Part shown: one piece after another, positions 34,401 through 46,364 of the stretch
Layout: every line of letters starts with the position of its first letter
Position numbering within the stretch: the first letter of the stretch is position 1
DNA from: Takakia lepidozioides
Taxonomy: Eukaryota > Plantae > Bryophyta
NCBI GenBank assembly: GCA_030704615.1
Contig: CM060733.1
Coordinates: 75,392,001 to 75,456,000 of the forward strand
DNA length: 64,000 nucleotides
Reading direction: 5' to 3'
Position numbers and translations under genes: made by a program
Notes under the pieces: generated by a model
Told to the model about the DNA's origin: nothing
What the model saw: the letters and a program-made list of their open reading frames with translations, nothing else
Databases searched by the model: none

Positions 34401-35680
34401 AATCTGAAAAGTCTACTGATTTGTCTCATGGATTGGTTTGTGTATTCCAGTCAAGGCCAAGCGTCGGATGAAGTCAACATCCGACAAGAAGAAGGATGGA
34501 CATACCAAACCAACTGGCCAGGAGGGTCTCTGGAGGTATATGAGTATTTCTGAGGAGGAGATCTGCTGGCGAGGACAGCGCCCTCAAACAGATGCACGAC
34601 AACGGAATGTCCATGTGGGGAGATATGGGATGAGAGTAGAATCCGCTACCCATTCTTACAAGTCGGATGACAATCTTCCACCAGTTGGGATATTGTAGAT
34701 AATATACATTGACAATGACGCTATTCTCTAAGCGCAAATTATGAATACAAATGGTTCATAGTTTTTTATTCATTTCATGTCAGAGCGATGGACATCATGG
34801 CTGTGCTCTGTGTTCTCTATGTACTCTTTGTTCGGTTTTGGAATTCATTACTCATGTTGTTATGACAGGTATCATCACGGGAGATCTCTCCTACCTGACT
34901 ATGTGCATGTTTTGGTTTTGTCATCACACACGTCAGACTCTTGTAGACTAGAGAGCGTGAGTAAGGACGGGAGACCTCCCGTCCTCTGTGCCTTTCTATG
35001 TGTGCTTGTTCCTGTCAGACACCTCAATCTTGGGTGGCTTTGGGGGGTTGTTGTAACTTGTGCATGTTTCCATCTCAATTTAATTTGACTACTGCTGATG
35101 TTTAGCTTGGGAGGCGAGACCTCCCGTCCGTCCTGGTTCGCATGTTTTTTGTACGTGGAGCTATGACTTGCATGAATGAGACATAATCGGAACGGCCATG
35201 CCATCTGGGAATCCGCAAGGTGGTTCTTATTTTATGGATGACGTTGTGGAGGAACCGGTCTGAGACTCGAGGACAATGATAGATAGAGATAGACAGTCAT
35301 GTCGAAGGGCTGATGCAGTGGAGCCGAACTGTTCGAATGAATTGGCTTCTATAGAGACGTTCACGATTGGTTTGCGTCGAAGACTATGGTTTTGGGTCCT
35401 ATAGGATGGTGATGGTTGATTAGTGCCCATAGCCAGGGACCTCAATGGCTGTACAAATTACTCTGGACATTTTGGGACGTATCTCGACGGGATGTCTTTC
35501 TATCTTACTATGTTCTAATCATAGATCGGGAGATCTCCCTTGCCTCAGTGGACATGTCGAACTTGGGACAACAGTCATAATTCTCTTGTACTTCTAGAGT
35601 GATAATGTTTGGCATTTTTTTGTAGGCTAATATTAAAAAACTGCAGCAACTGTGATGGACAGGAGGTCTCCCGTGCTGCC
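31430..35680. repeat. Dispersed palindrome GACGGGAG-NN-CTCCCGTC (about 12-14 copies), with a degenerate ~300-350-bp triplication at the left end
   Basis: Copies at ~31469, 31495, 31841, 32152, 32177, 32631, 33306, 34368, 34876, 34966, 35111, 35527 and 35658. tgatgggtt(g/t)aa(a/t)gtgtg recurs at ~31433, 31734 and 32089. Confidence 0.85.
32276..34215 (+). pseudogene. Multi-exon gene ending in an FCP1/NIF-like HAD phosphatase domain; disrupted
   Basis: RKLIILSVVGLL...PRPGLLEFLELVFNHYHLGIWS...FCFIWCRDTC...YIKDIVGLW...TLLIDDEPIKAPRN. The DxDxT motif is lost, with a stop at 33761 and a frameshift at ~33870. Acidic, disordered upstream exons. Confidence 0.7.
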
Positions 35681-36029
35681 CGTGAAACAGTCCAAAACTA
35701 GGATTTCAACTCAGATTAGGGATGTGATCAGGGTATGGATTCTCTGTGAACAGCAATATTTACTAAACATCTACAATAAACTTAATAAAATCATTTAAAT
35801 TTGTTTTCATAGTGAATATATATTCATTTTAAATAAATAAATAAATCAATATATATATGTTATTCCTGGACTTTGGAAAGTCTAGATTTACTTAAAATCC
35901 AGTTTAATCTGGAGCTTGAAGTCCGGCCCTCTTGGATGAATCTGGACCCACACTATATCCCTGCTCCTTCAGCTATCCTTGCCTGGCTGCTAGCACTTGA
36001 CAATGACAGCCTAGATTTGTTCTAGGAAA

Positions 36030-38500
36030 CACCCAACTCAACTTATCACACTAGTTCACTATGGTCAATTGCATCTGCTACTCTTTGTAATCCAACAGGC
36101 ATTCACCTTTTTGCCTCGATTGTCCCACCAATGACTGGGGTCAGAAAAGTATTTATTCCATAGCTTCTCCTCGTCTCAGCTGTTACTTGTTTCTGGATAC
36201 TTTCCTGTTGTCACATTAGCAGTACCATGTCAAAGTCACTCCAAACTATCAAAGGTTCACTCAACCAGCTAACTTGCGGAATTCAACATGAAAATTTAGG
36301 GCTGATTCTGATAAGAGGGAAAAACAGGGTGAAGCCATCATTTGCTTTTAGGTCTCCAAAGCCCCATCCGACAGCCCTGCTTTGCACACCCTGCAAGCAT
36401 CGCGTTCCACGACACCACATCTCATTCAGCCATAGTGTTGAACACTCCCTTGGCATCTTAATGCTACCACATTTGGCATACATGGCCACCAGAGCAGTGT
36501 TCAGGATGACATCTGGTACAATTGCAGATTTGATCATGTCACCAGGGATCTCTTTGCCCTTTTCCAGGGCTACCAGACGCACTGCAAACGCACACAAACC
36601 TGTCCACCAGGGTATTGTTCAGATTGACATTTGGTACAGTTCCAGCTCTAACGATGTCGCCATGTACCTCTTTCCCTTTTCCAGAGCTGCCAGGGCAATG
36701 TTCATAATGACATTTGGTACAATTCCAGCTTTGAAGATGTCGCCATGGACCTCTTTCCCCTTTTTCAAAGCTGCCAGGGCAGTGTTCATAATGACATTTG
36801 GTACAATTCCAGCTTTGACGATATCCCCATGCCCCTCTTTGCCCTTCTCCAGGGCTGCCAGGCTTGCACAAGCATTGAAAATGCACACAAACATGATGTG
36901 GCCGGGCTTCGCCCCTTCCCCCATCATTTGCTCATAGGTCTCCAAAGCCTCCATCCCACGTCCCTGCTGTGTATACCTTGCAAGCATTGCACTCCACGAC
37001 ACCACATCTCGTTCAGCCATAGTGTTGAACACTCCCTTTTGCATCCTCGATGCACCCACATTTTGCAAACCTGTCCACCAGGGTCTTGTTCAGAATGACA
37101 TTTGGTACAATTCCAGCTTTGATGATATCCCCATGCACCTCTTTCCCCTTCTCTAGGGCTGCCAGGCTTGCTCAAGCATTGCAAATGCACACAAGCATGA
37201 TGTGGCCAGGCTTCACCCCTTCCCCCATCATTTGCTCATAGGTCTCCAAAGCCTCCATCCCACGTCCCTGTTGTGCGTATCCTGCAAACATCGCACTCCA
37301 CGACACCACATCTCGTTCAGCCATAGTGTTGAACACTCCCTTGGCATCCTTGATGCACCCACATTTGGCATACATGTCCACCAGGGCAGGGGCAGTGCTC
37401 AGAATGACATCTGGTAATCTGACAGACATTCACCTTTTAGAATTGTTCCAGCAAACACCCCAACCCTACTGACTTAGAGGCTGTAGTGTCCAAAGCCATG
37501 TCCGTTTCCAGAAAATTGTCTGATGAAAATGAAGTTAGGCAGAAAACTTCCCTGGACTTGTTTTCAGTCTGTGACATGGGGGAGGACATCATGGATGACC
37601 TCAAGGGTCTACCCACTCTCGACACCAGACTGAAATTTAAACACATGGCATGAATCCTACCTTTGAATAGCAAACAGAAGCAGAGAGGAAAAGGAGAGTG
37701 CAATTGCACCCAACTCAACTTATCACACTAGTTCCTATGGTCAATTGCATCTGCTACTCTCTGTAATCTGACAGGCATTCACATTTTTGCCTCGGTTGTC
37801 CCACCATTTACTGGGGTCAGAAAAGTATTCATCCCACAACTTCTCCTCATATCTGTTACCTGTTTTTGGATACTTTCCTGTTGTCACATTGGCAGTATCA
37901 TGTCAAAGTCACTCCAAACAAGATTCACTCAACCAGCTAACTTGCAGAATTCAACATGGAAATTTAGGGCCGATTCTGATAAAAAGGAAAAACAGGGTGA
38001 AATGTGTTGAAGAAGGTGCCTTCATTAGCAGTGCTTGATTTATCCATTATGTCGCTACTGCTGCGGCTTCCAGTTGACCATGTGTTTCTTGTAGCTATCC
38101 TTCCACTCATAGGTAATCTCGAGCTTGAAATCCGGGCCTCTTGAATGAATCTGGATCCACAATCTATCCCTACACTCCTTCAACTATCCATGCATGTGTA
38201 CAAATCGTGAATATATCCCACGCCTTGCTGCAGCTAGCAGCTGACACTGACGCCCTAACCCTACCTACAGTAATATGTCAAAATCACCCCAAAACCACCA
38301 TAGATCCACCAACAACTTCTCCTTATCTACGTTATCTGTTTCTGGATACTTTCTTGCTGCTACATCGGCAGTAACTTGACAAAGTCACTCCTAACCACCA
38401 CAGATCCACCCAACGAGCTAACTTACAGAATTCAATATGCATCTCAGGGCCGAGTCTGATGAGAGGGTAAAATAGACAGAAATAGGTTGAAGAAGAAGGT
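36030..38500. repeat. Local segmental duplications flanking the PPR fragments
   Basis: 36030-36330 matches 37706-38000, with a more diverged partial copy at ~38310-38500. 35912-35980 matches 38121-38190. Confidence 0.75.
36345..37415 (-). pseudogene. Fragmented PLS-class PPR repeats
   Basis: LVDMYAKCGCIKDAKGVFNTMAERDVVSWSAM...ALEKGKEVHGDI. Stops and frameshifts, no start or C-terminal domain. Confidence 0.85.
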
Positions 38501-38829
38501 GCCCTCACCACATTGTCGACCTTGACCTTTGTGTCATGACCCATGGAGGATTTGACCGACCATCAACCCAAAATGACCTCTTATGTGTGCTACTTGTGTC
38601 TATAGTCAGGTAATGTCAGATTGGTCCATGAGAACCACCACGGTGCAGCTGAGTGAGCAGAGATGGGGGCTGCTATTTCATGAGCCATGAGCGGCATGAG
38701 CCATGAGCAGAGTCGTAAGTGTCGAAAAAAACATGAGTAGGACTATTTTCCGGAAATGAGTGTCCGCGGGAATAGGGTTTAGGGTGTCACGGTCATAGGG
38801 GGAGAAGGACCTCCCGATGAAGGAGGTTC

Positions 38830-40910
38830 GGCAATGTTTTTCTTTGAACTCTACTACTTGTCCCATTGTCCATAAACTATATCTAGTATTGCCCGTTGGC
38901 CTCATATCCACATTTGGATATCCCTTGGTTCGGGAAGCCTGTGCAGTGCTGCTAGCTCAGGATCTACATCCTCTAGTGTGTGTTCTACTGGCTGATTCCT
39001 AAGTTCAGATTCGTTGTCTGAAATGGACTGATCGGACATGACTGGTGTGGTTTATAGCATCATGACCAGCATCAATCCAAGTGTTTTGGTCATGACATAG
39101 GATCCAGGCCTTTGCATAAGTCAATCCACCAGTGTGCACAATACGAATCGCTATATCTCCTGACATATAGTAAAAAGACAGCGGATTCAAACCTCAAGTG
39201 AGATGCAACCAAAGCTTTCTATACGTAAAACCAAGTCACTTATGTCTTGCCCTTGAGTTGTATGGTTAGAATGTGCATCCATTGTGCTACCAAATCGCCA
39301 GCTCTCTCTTGCGCCGGCTTGAACTTGAAATGGCCGCGATCAGCAACTCTGATACCAAAAATGGGGGCCTTGTTTCACCACCCGGGGTAAATCTATCCGT
39401 TCCCTCTTGATCAGACAACCTGTCAGTCCAGTTTCGATGCTACATGAGCCGCAGCGGAAGCAGGAAAACATCATGACACCTAGACCAGACTGTTATGCTA
39501 CTTGTTCGTTTGTTTGACATCATGTCACCATCCTGTCTTTGGTATGACAAATGCTCAGAAAAGATATCTTGACCCCTTGTAGGGCGTCTGCCTGCAGCAC
39601 CCGCACTCTGTTATCTCGTTTGCATGGTTCACCATGTGCACGGGTAGTCACTTAACTCACATTCTATCCATCCTTCCTGGCAGTGATCCTTGGCTACTTT
39701 GCTTACTTGCACGATCTATCCCTCAACGCATACTACCCAACTTTCTATTTCCATCTTTCATCTCGATCTGGCGTTTACAGGGCCTACCCAGATCAGTTCT
39801 ACTTGCGATCCCGCCGAGCTACCCTCATCTGATCTCTTTGATGTGTACCTTTTCTCTATCCGTGACTATCTCGTGACAACTGCATGGTATCCTGGCGTAA
39901 TCTCTCACAATGATTGTTCTCTCGACACTTGTTGTAGCTCAAACGTTTTCCAGTGTTACTTTCTTGATCGTCTATTTCAACAGTACATGCTCTTCTTTGT
40001 AAATCCAATCTATCTCCTTTATATCACACGGCTCACTATCATGGCCGCTTAGCATCAACATGATCTGTACACTGTACACCCATCTCACTTTAATCACTTT
40101 GCTAAACCTACTCAGTCTAATCCATGTTTCTTTTGTTCTGTCTCCATCACCTATCCCAAACTTAAAAGTGAAACTTAAGTTCAAAGTGAATCGTCTCTCT
40201 TGGAATGATCTCCGTCTGCTACCTTGTACCCTACAACAGTCCGTGGAATCGCTTCACTCCCCAAGTTCCTACTTTCTAATCACCGCCCCAACATCTACTA
40301 ATCAGCTAAGCCTTCCCAGTTCGTGCCTGCTGACTAAGTTATGGACATGTGGCCCTGATCCACGTCTTGATAAGATCTTACGAGCCCAAAACTTAATTAC
40401 ATGGTTCGCTTAGTCATGCGCCTTAGTGTCACAAGACGGCGTCCCCTCGTCCGTTGATTAGTGTTAGATCAATGGTTTGCATGCTACCAAATTGTGTTCA
40501 TCCACCCTGCTCATCCGCTGTTCATCATGTGGCTTCGTGGGATCCATTCTCGTGGGATCCATTTGAGAATTTGGCCGCGCTATGGGATCAAGAACCGGGA
40601 AAGTCATTTGCGCAGGATGTCCGTGCTGTTGCTTGCATTCGTGTAGACTGGAAAGAGACTGAAGACGCCCGTGTCTTCGTGCCGATCTGCATGGCATGTC
40701 AAAACATGAAGTGAAAGTGTCGGTGGAAGATGACTACACTAGAGCCCCTAAACAAACTCTCTCTCTCACCCATCGAGTATCCAAAGATTTGCACGATGGA
40801 ATGTTATGCCTATAAAGCTGTACTGGATTGATCTCCCGGCCACGACGCCCAAAAACAGTTGGGAATGATCATCATGTTGCTCTATCATTCTCAGTTCTGA
40901 CTGATCTTAG
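38830..40910 (-). mobile_element. Old LTR retrotransposon remnant with tRNA-iMet PBS; the LTR probably continues at 44970-~45480
   Basis: Minus strand TGGTATCAGAG at 39347-39357, 3 nt after ...GGCCCCCA. No intact ORF. Confidence 0.4.
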
Positions 40911-40925
40911 CTACATGCATGCTTG

Positions 40926-43900
40926 TCCCAGTCATGAGCCCTCCAGGCTCCAGCACATCTAAACTTGTCTCCAAAGTCCCTGCTATCCCTCCCTCTAGAG
41001 CAAACAAGTGTGCAAGTATCAAGAAACCCTAAGGTAGAAGTGAGGAAAGTAGCTGGATGCCTTCGAATCCTCCGGAGTTATGGTAAGAATGGAGCAGTAA
41101 GGAGCAGCGTCTTCGAGAAGCCTTTCATGGAAAGCGATGGCCGATAGCGGGCGGCTAGAGGCGGTAGACACCCCAACCGTGGGTCTAAATGGGACACAAC
41201 AGCTGTGCAGGCTGGTGCCGGGCCCGCCCACTCCTCACACACCAGCCTTCAGCGTCATAATGGTGGGCCCTTCTCTGCCACACAAGGTAACCCTAGATGC
41301 CAGGGTGGTCAGCCCCCTTACACTAGGCACATCCGCCAGAGCCATGGTACAGCCAGGGGCAATATTGGTGGTGGGCCCTGTCCCTCCTTTCAAGACAATC
41401 CTAGGAGCAGTAGAAATGGGGCCAAGAGTAGTGCTACACCCTCCCTCTCCGGTCACAACAGCCCTCATCCACGGAGGAGAGGAAGCGTTCCTGATGGTGA
41501 ACCCTCCCACTCTACCCAAGGTCACAACTCTACAGGAATGATACCCGACAACCCCAAGCGAGGCACAACAACTCCAAATCAAGGGGCCAGTGCTCCTTCC
41601 CCAATTCGCCTTTCAGGTTCACGGCGGCCTCCCACAAAGCTTACCTCTCCACCTGGCTCGCCACCTCCTTCTAGACAGCGGACAGGTTCACCTGATCAGA
41701 CCGCCTGTTCTTTTGCTCCATCTTATCTCCCACCACCAGCACCAAAAATTCTCCACCAGACCGAGTGCCTTGTCCAGGTTGTGGTCGGATGTTTGTCCGT
41801 ATTAGGGGGCTTGCGCGTCATCGGCACACGTGTTCTACACTCAATCAGTCTTCTCCGGACAGTCATTTGCCTACCCCGTTAGTAGCTCCTTCTGCCCAGG
41901 CATGGCTTTGGATTGTGACCCTTGATGTTTTGGGAGCATTTCATTTGGGTTTGCCCCGTCCCCGGCTCTATACACGCATCCCAATGGCGCTTCGCAGAGA
42001 GGTACAACATGCTTTTCGCTTACCCTTGGACCGCCTTGCTCGGGACCCCTATGACATTGTTGCTTGGCACCTTTTTCTGTTTTTTCCTCTACGGTGTCTA
42101 GTTTTTCCTCCACGTGAAACTCGAGAGACGCATGCCCGTCTTCGTAGATTTCTTTCTGGGGACTGGGAAACCTTTCAAGACGAACATTATCTACGTGCAC
42201 AAGCACTTGCGGCGCAAATAGCTCATGATAGCCCACACAGGCAACTCCATCCATCCACATGCGTCTTCGTCAGAGTCTTATGCTAGGCCAGGCATGAGAG
42301 TATTCCCGTGCAGCTCGAGCTCTTGCTCCTCTTACCCCTGCACCGCCTTCGGCTGATACTGTCACAGCTTTGGAGAATCTCTACCCTGGTGCGGACGACA
42401 TCCTTCCTTCCTTTGTGGAGGACTTTGAACCTGATGAGGACCTTCAATTGGATCACGATACTTTCATACAAGCATTCACTCGTAGCCCTCACCTTGCAAC
42501 AGCCGGTCCGTCTGGTTTGGTGTATGAACACCTCCGTGACTGTCTCAATCCACATGACTCTGCTAGTGGCTTTTCCCAGCTGTTCCAAGTTTGCTCTTTC
42601 ATTGCGATGGGACATATACCTACCCCAGTAGCACGTTTGCTTGGAGCAGCACGGCTCTTGGCCATGTCCAAGAACACAGGTGGGATTCGTCCTATTGCAG
42701 TGGGGGAGGTTCTGTATCGTTTGGTGAGCCGCTCTATCTGCATCCAGTTTCGAGAGGTCTTTTCTTCTCACTTTTCTCCACATCAGTTTGGGGTCGCTAC
42801 TCCGGGAGGTTGTGAAGCGGTGGTGCATGGGATTCGGGCTTCCCTTGACCTTCATCCAGACTGGGTCGTCCTTTAGGTGGATGTGACCAACGCCTTCAAC
42901 ACGGTGTCCAGATCAGCAATATTTCAAGAACTGCGATCAGCCGGTGGCACATGCCATCAATGCATTCCTTTTGTGAGATTGTTTTATGCTTCCTCCACCC
43001 CTTTGTTTTTCAGTCATCACACCCGTACCGGAGATCTTTCTATAATCCAGTCTGAAGTAGGAACCCGTCAGGGCGATCCATTAGGGGGACCTCTTTTTGC
43101 TTTTGCCCACTTCCGAGCCCTAAGTCGCTCATCTGCACAAGCCTTCCAATCCTGTATATTTCCTTCTATTGCTAATGATACCCACATCACTGGCCCTCCT
43201 ACTGATATCCTTTTGGCTTTCCATCACTTTGCTACCCAACTTCACTATCTTGGGCTCACTATTCAACCTCGCAAATCCACAGTTTGGTCACCCTCTGGCC
43301 TGCCTTCAGATTTTGTGCCCCCTGTCGACTTTCTAGCACCATCTGAGGGTATTCGAGTGTTAGGTGTTCCCTTTGGTAGTACCCCTTACACAACATCTTT
43401 CCTCCAAGACGCTTTGCTACATGATACAAGCCAAATAGAGCTTCTTCCCAAACTAGGCGATATGCAGGTAGCCCATGGCATTCTCACCAAATGATTTTTA
43501 TAGCGACCTTCTGATCTTTTGCGTTGTTCCCCCCCACTCCCCAGTTTGTGGAGCTTCTGTCTTCTTTTCGATACGACTGTTAGGGGGGTTTTTGGTCGTC
43601 TATTAGGCCCAGGTGCTTTTGATAGTGAGCAGGGGCCCTTAGCATGTCGTCAGGCTACCCTCCCGATCTCTTCTGGAGGAGTGGGTTTACTATCCATAGT
43701 CGTCACTGCCCCTGCTACCTTCCTAGGTAGTTGGTCTTTAGTCGTTCCAGCCTTGGCATCTCGATTTCTGTGTCAGCAACGCACTTTTCACATGGAGGTG
43801 GTTGCCCACATCGACGATGACTCTTTGTCCTTCCAGCAACATCTTCGTTCAGCGCGGGATCTCATCCCAACAGCAGCACGGGCTTGTCTGCCACCCTTTG

Positions 43901-44969
43901 AGCAGTTGGTCATTCAAGGTCTGGAGCATTTACAGGATACCATCATGGAACGCGTGCACCAACACTCATTTGCCAACATGCTTTCCGACGCTCCTTCAGA
44001 TGTACATCGGGCCAGACTTCTCTCGTGCGCAGGGCCCGGAGCAGGTGCGTGGCTCACGGTACGACCAACCATTGCACCCTTCCGTATGTCTTCTGCTGTA
44101 TTTACCACCTCCCTACGAGTTCGACTGGGTCTTCCGCATCCCTTTATGTTAGGACTACAACAATGTGTTTATCGCCATCCTCTCAATTCACTCGGCGTAC
44201 ATCTTCTTCGTTGCCCCTGCGGTGGAGAACGCACTGCGACCCATGACATCGTCCGGGATGCAGCAGCTGCGGTTGCTCGTGATGCTAGGATACATGTCAT
44301 TCGAGAGCAGGTGCACATACTCCCATTGACCCCCAATCACCATTCCACTCGACGACGGGTTGACATTGTTCTCTCACAGGACGGACTGCGTACATTGGCG
44401 GACGTTGTCATCGTTGATCCTTCTAGGCTGGATCTCCTGCCCCGCACAGCCTCATCACAGGCAGTTGCCGCTTCAGTAGCTGCGAAGGGATAGGAGCATG
44501 ACTATCGGGCACGTCATTCCACAGACACATTCCTTCCTTTGGCAGTCGAGATCTTTGGTTGTTTGCATCATCAGTTCAACGAGTTCCTTCGCACATGTGC
44601 CCATCGTGCAGTAGAAAACAAAAGCCTTGGAAGCCCATACGCCTCTGTTCTTGTAGCTTTCTTTAGACAACGAATTTATGTTGCTTTGCAAAAGGCTCAA
44701 GCTCAATCTATTTTACGTCGGGTAGAGGTTGTTGGGGCGGCTTCATCTCGCCTCCCCGCACTCTCTGATCCACCCTCTTACCTGTTGTCTGACCTTTTTC
44801 AGGCTGTAGGTGATACTAGAATAGTTTGATTTCTTTCTTTGTGTTAATATATCTAGCTCTACGAGCTTTGGTTGTTTCCTCTTGGGGACAGTTACACCCA
44901 TTTGTACAGTCACCCCACTTGGGTCTTTTTATAAAGCTATGTAGGGTGTTTTTTTTTTTTTTTTTTTTT
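40926..44969 (+). mobile_element. Non-LTR retrotransposon with RT and C-terminal restriction-like endonuclease (CRE-like, R2 group); degenerate
   Basis: C2H2 finger CPGCGRMF..GLARHRHTC. RT motifs GIRPIAVGE, QFGVATPGGCE, DVTNAFNTVSR and GTRQGDPLG. REL region C.CGGERTATHD..RD, RVDI, LADVVIVDP and PLAVEIFG. T21 run at 44949-44969. The 5' boundary is approximate. Confidence 0.85.
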
Positions 44970-46364
44970 ACATCCATCTTGCCATGGTACTCAAGCAACG
45001 TCTTACTTGATGAATGGATTTCTTCTATGCTCACTGTTCATACGACATCCATCCTGATCCACGTAATGAACCAAGACCTTCATCCTTCTCCTCGCTCATC
45101 CACGTCCATCCTTCTTCACTTACGTTCATTCCATTCCACTGTTCATCCAGTTGCCTCACTTCTTTCTTTGTTATCTCTTTCTCCCGCGCACTCTATACTC
45201 TACTTGCGAAATCCAAGTGTGTTTCTCATCACCTGTTTTCCCCTTACAGTTATTTTTTCCTCACCAATTCAGCAAAATTCTGGCCCTTCCAATGGCCTTC
45301 TCTTAAAAAAATAAAAAATAAGAAGATATAAAATTGTGGTAGATGGCCCACCACAATTCTTTCCCTGTTGTCGGTGAGGTTTTTAATTCGTACCAGAGAC
45401 CTCACAAAACACGAGAACCCCGGCAGGTTATGGATCTTTCGCAAATTTGTAGCGCTAGGTCCTGATCTATCTTCACTACAACTTTGCTGCTGCGATAGCC
45501 ACTTGGCAGATGTTTGGGTTACATGATGATTGTGTACAAGCTGGTAAACTTCTCATGGTCTTGTAGTTCTTGTATTCGGATCAAGCTATGAGCAATGCAC
45601 GACTCTGGCAGGAGTGCTTCCCAAATCGTACACAGTGGTGGGACGACAGGTTTTGTAGGGTGAGTCCAGGAAGGCCTGGCATGGTAATGTGCTTGATTGT
45701 AGTCCAGTTTTTCAATTAATTATAAATTTTCTCTTCTTAGCTGTCGTTACGTTTGGTAATAGTTGTTTCAGCTGTTCCTTGTTATTTGGTAGATTCCAGG
45801 TTGTTTGTAACCTAGACTGTGTGAAGTTCTGGTTACAGGCTATAGCCGCTCAGATGTCCACGGGTGGTTTTCACAGAAAAGTCCAAGATCTGCAGATTTT
45901 CTTTGCAGGCGCACAAAGGATGGCATTTGGATTGAGACTTGGTCAAACCCCCCTTGGCTTGAATTCGCGCAAGCTACCACGAAACATGGTCGAGCACAAT
46001 CTGGTGATGGTTACAATGTCATTGTGCACCATGGAGCTCCACCCAAAGAATTCAAGAGGTATTATATCTATTAATGATTTAAGGTCTCCAACTCAAACAG
46101 AGAGTTATGTGACTCATTCAACTCAGTTGACCATCTCCAGAATTCCTTCTCAATGAGAGTAAATTATGAAATCCTTAAAGCTTAGAACTTAGGATCTCTC
46201 CAGTATCCAGAGTTCATTCCCAGATTAGATAACTGGAGTAGGCTTTTTGATAACTATAAGCATGTCCTCATGGAGAGACGCTTCTGTGAGGCATCCAGGG
46301 GATTTGAGATGTATCAGATGAGTTTGACTGGAAAGGTTGTAACTTGCGGTCTGAGTTATGCAAG

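Noticed and set aside
38774-38787. Telomere-like TAGGGTTTAGGGT (also ~1088 and ~1160)
   Set aside because: Only one or two units each, which is common as telo-boxes or by chance. There is no array.
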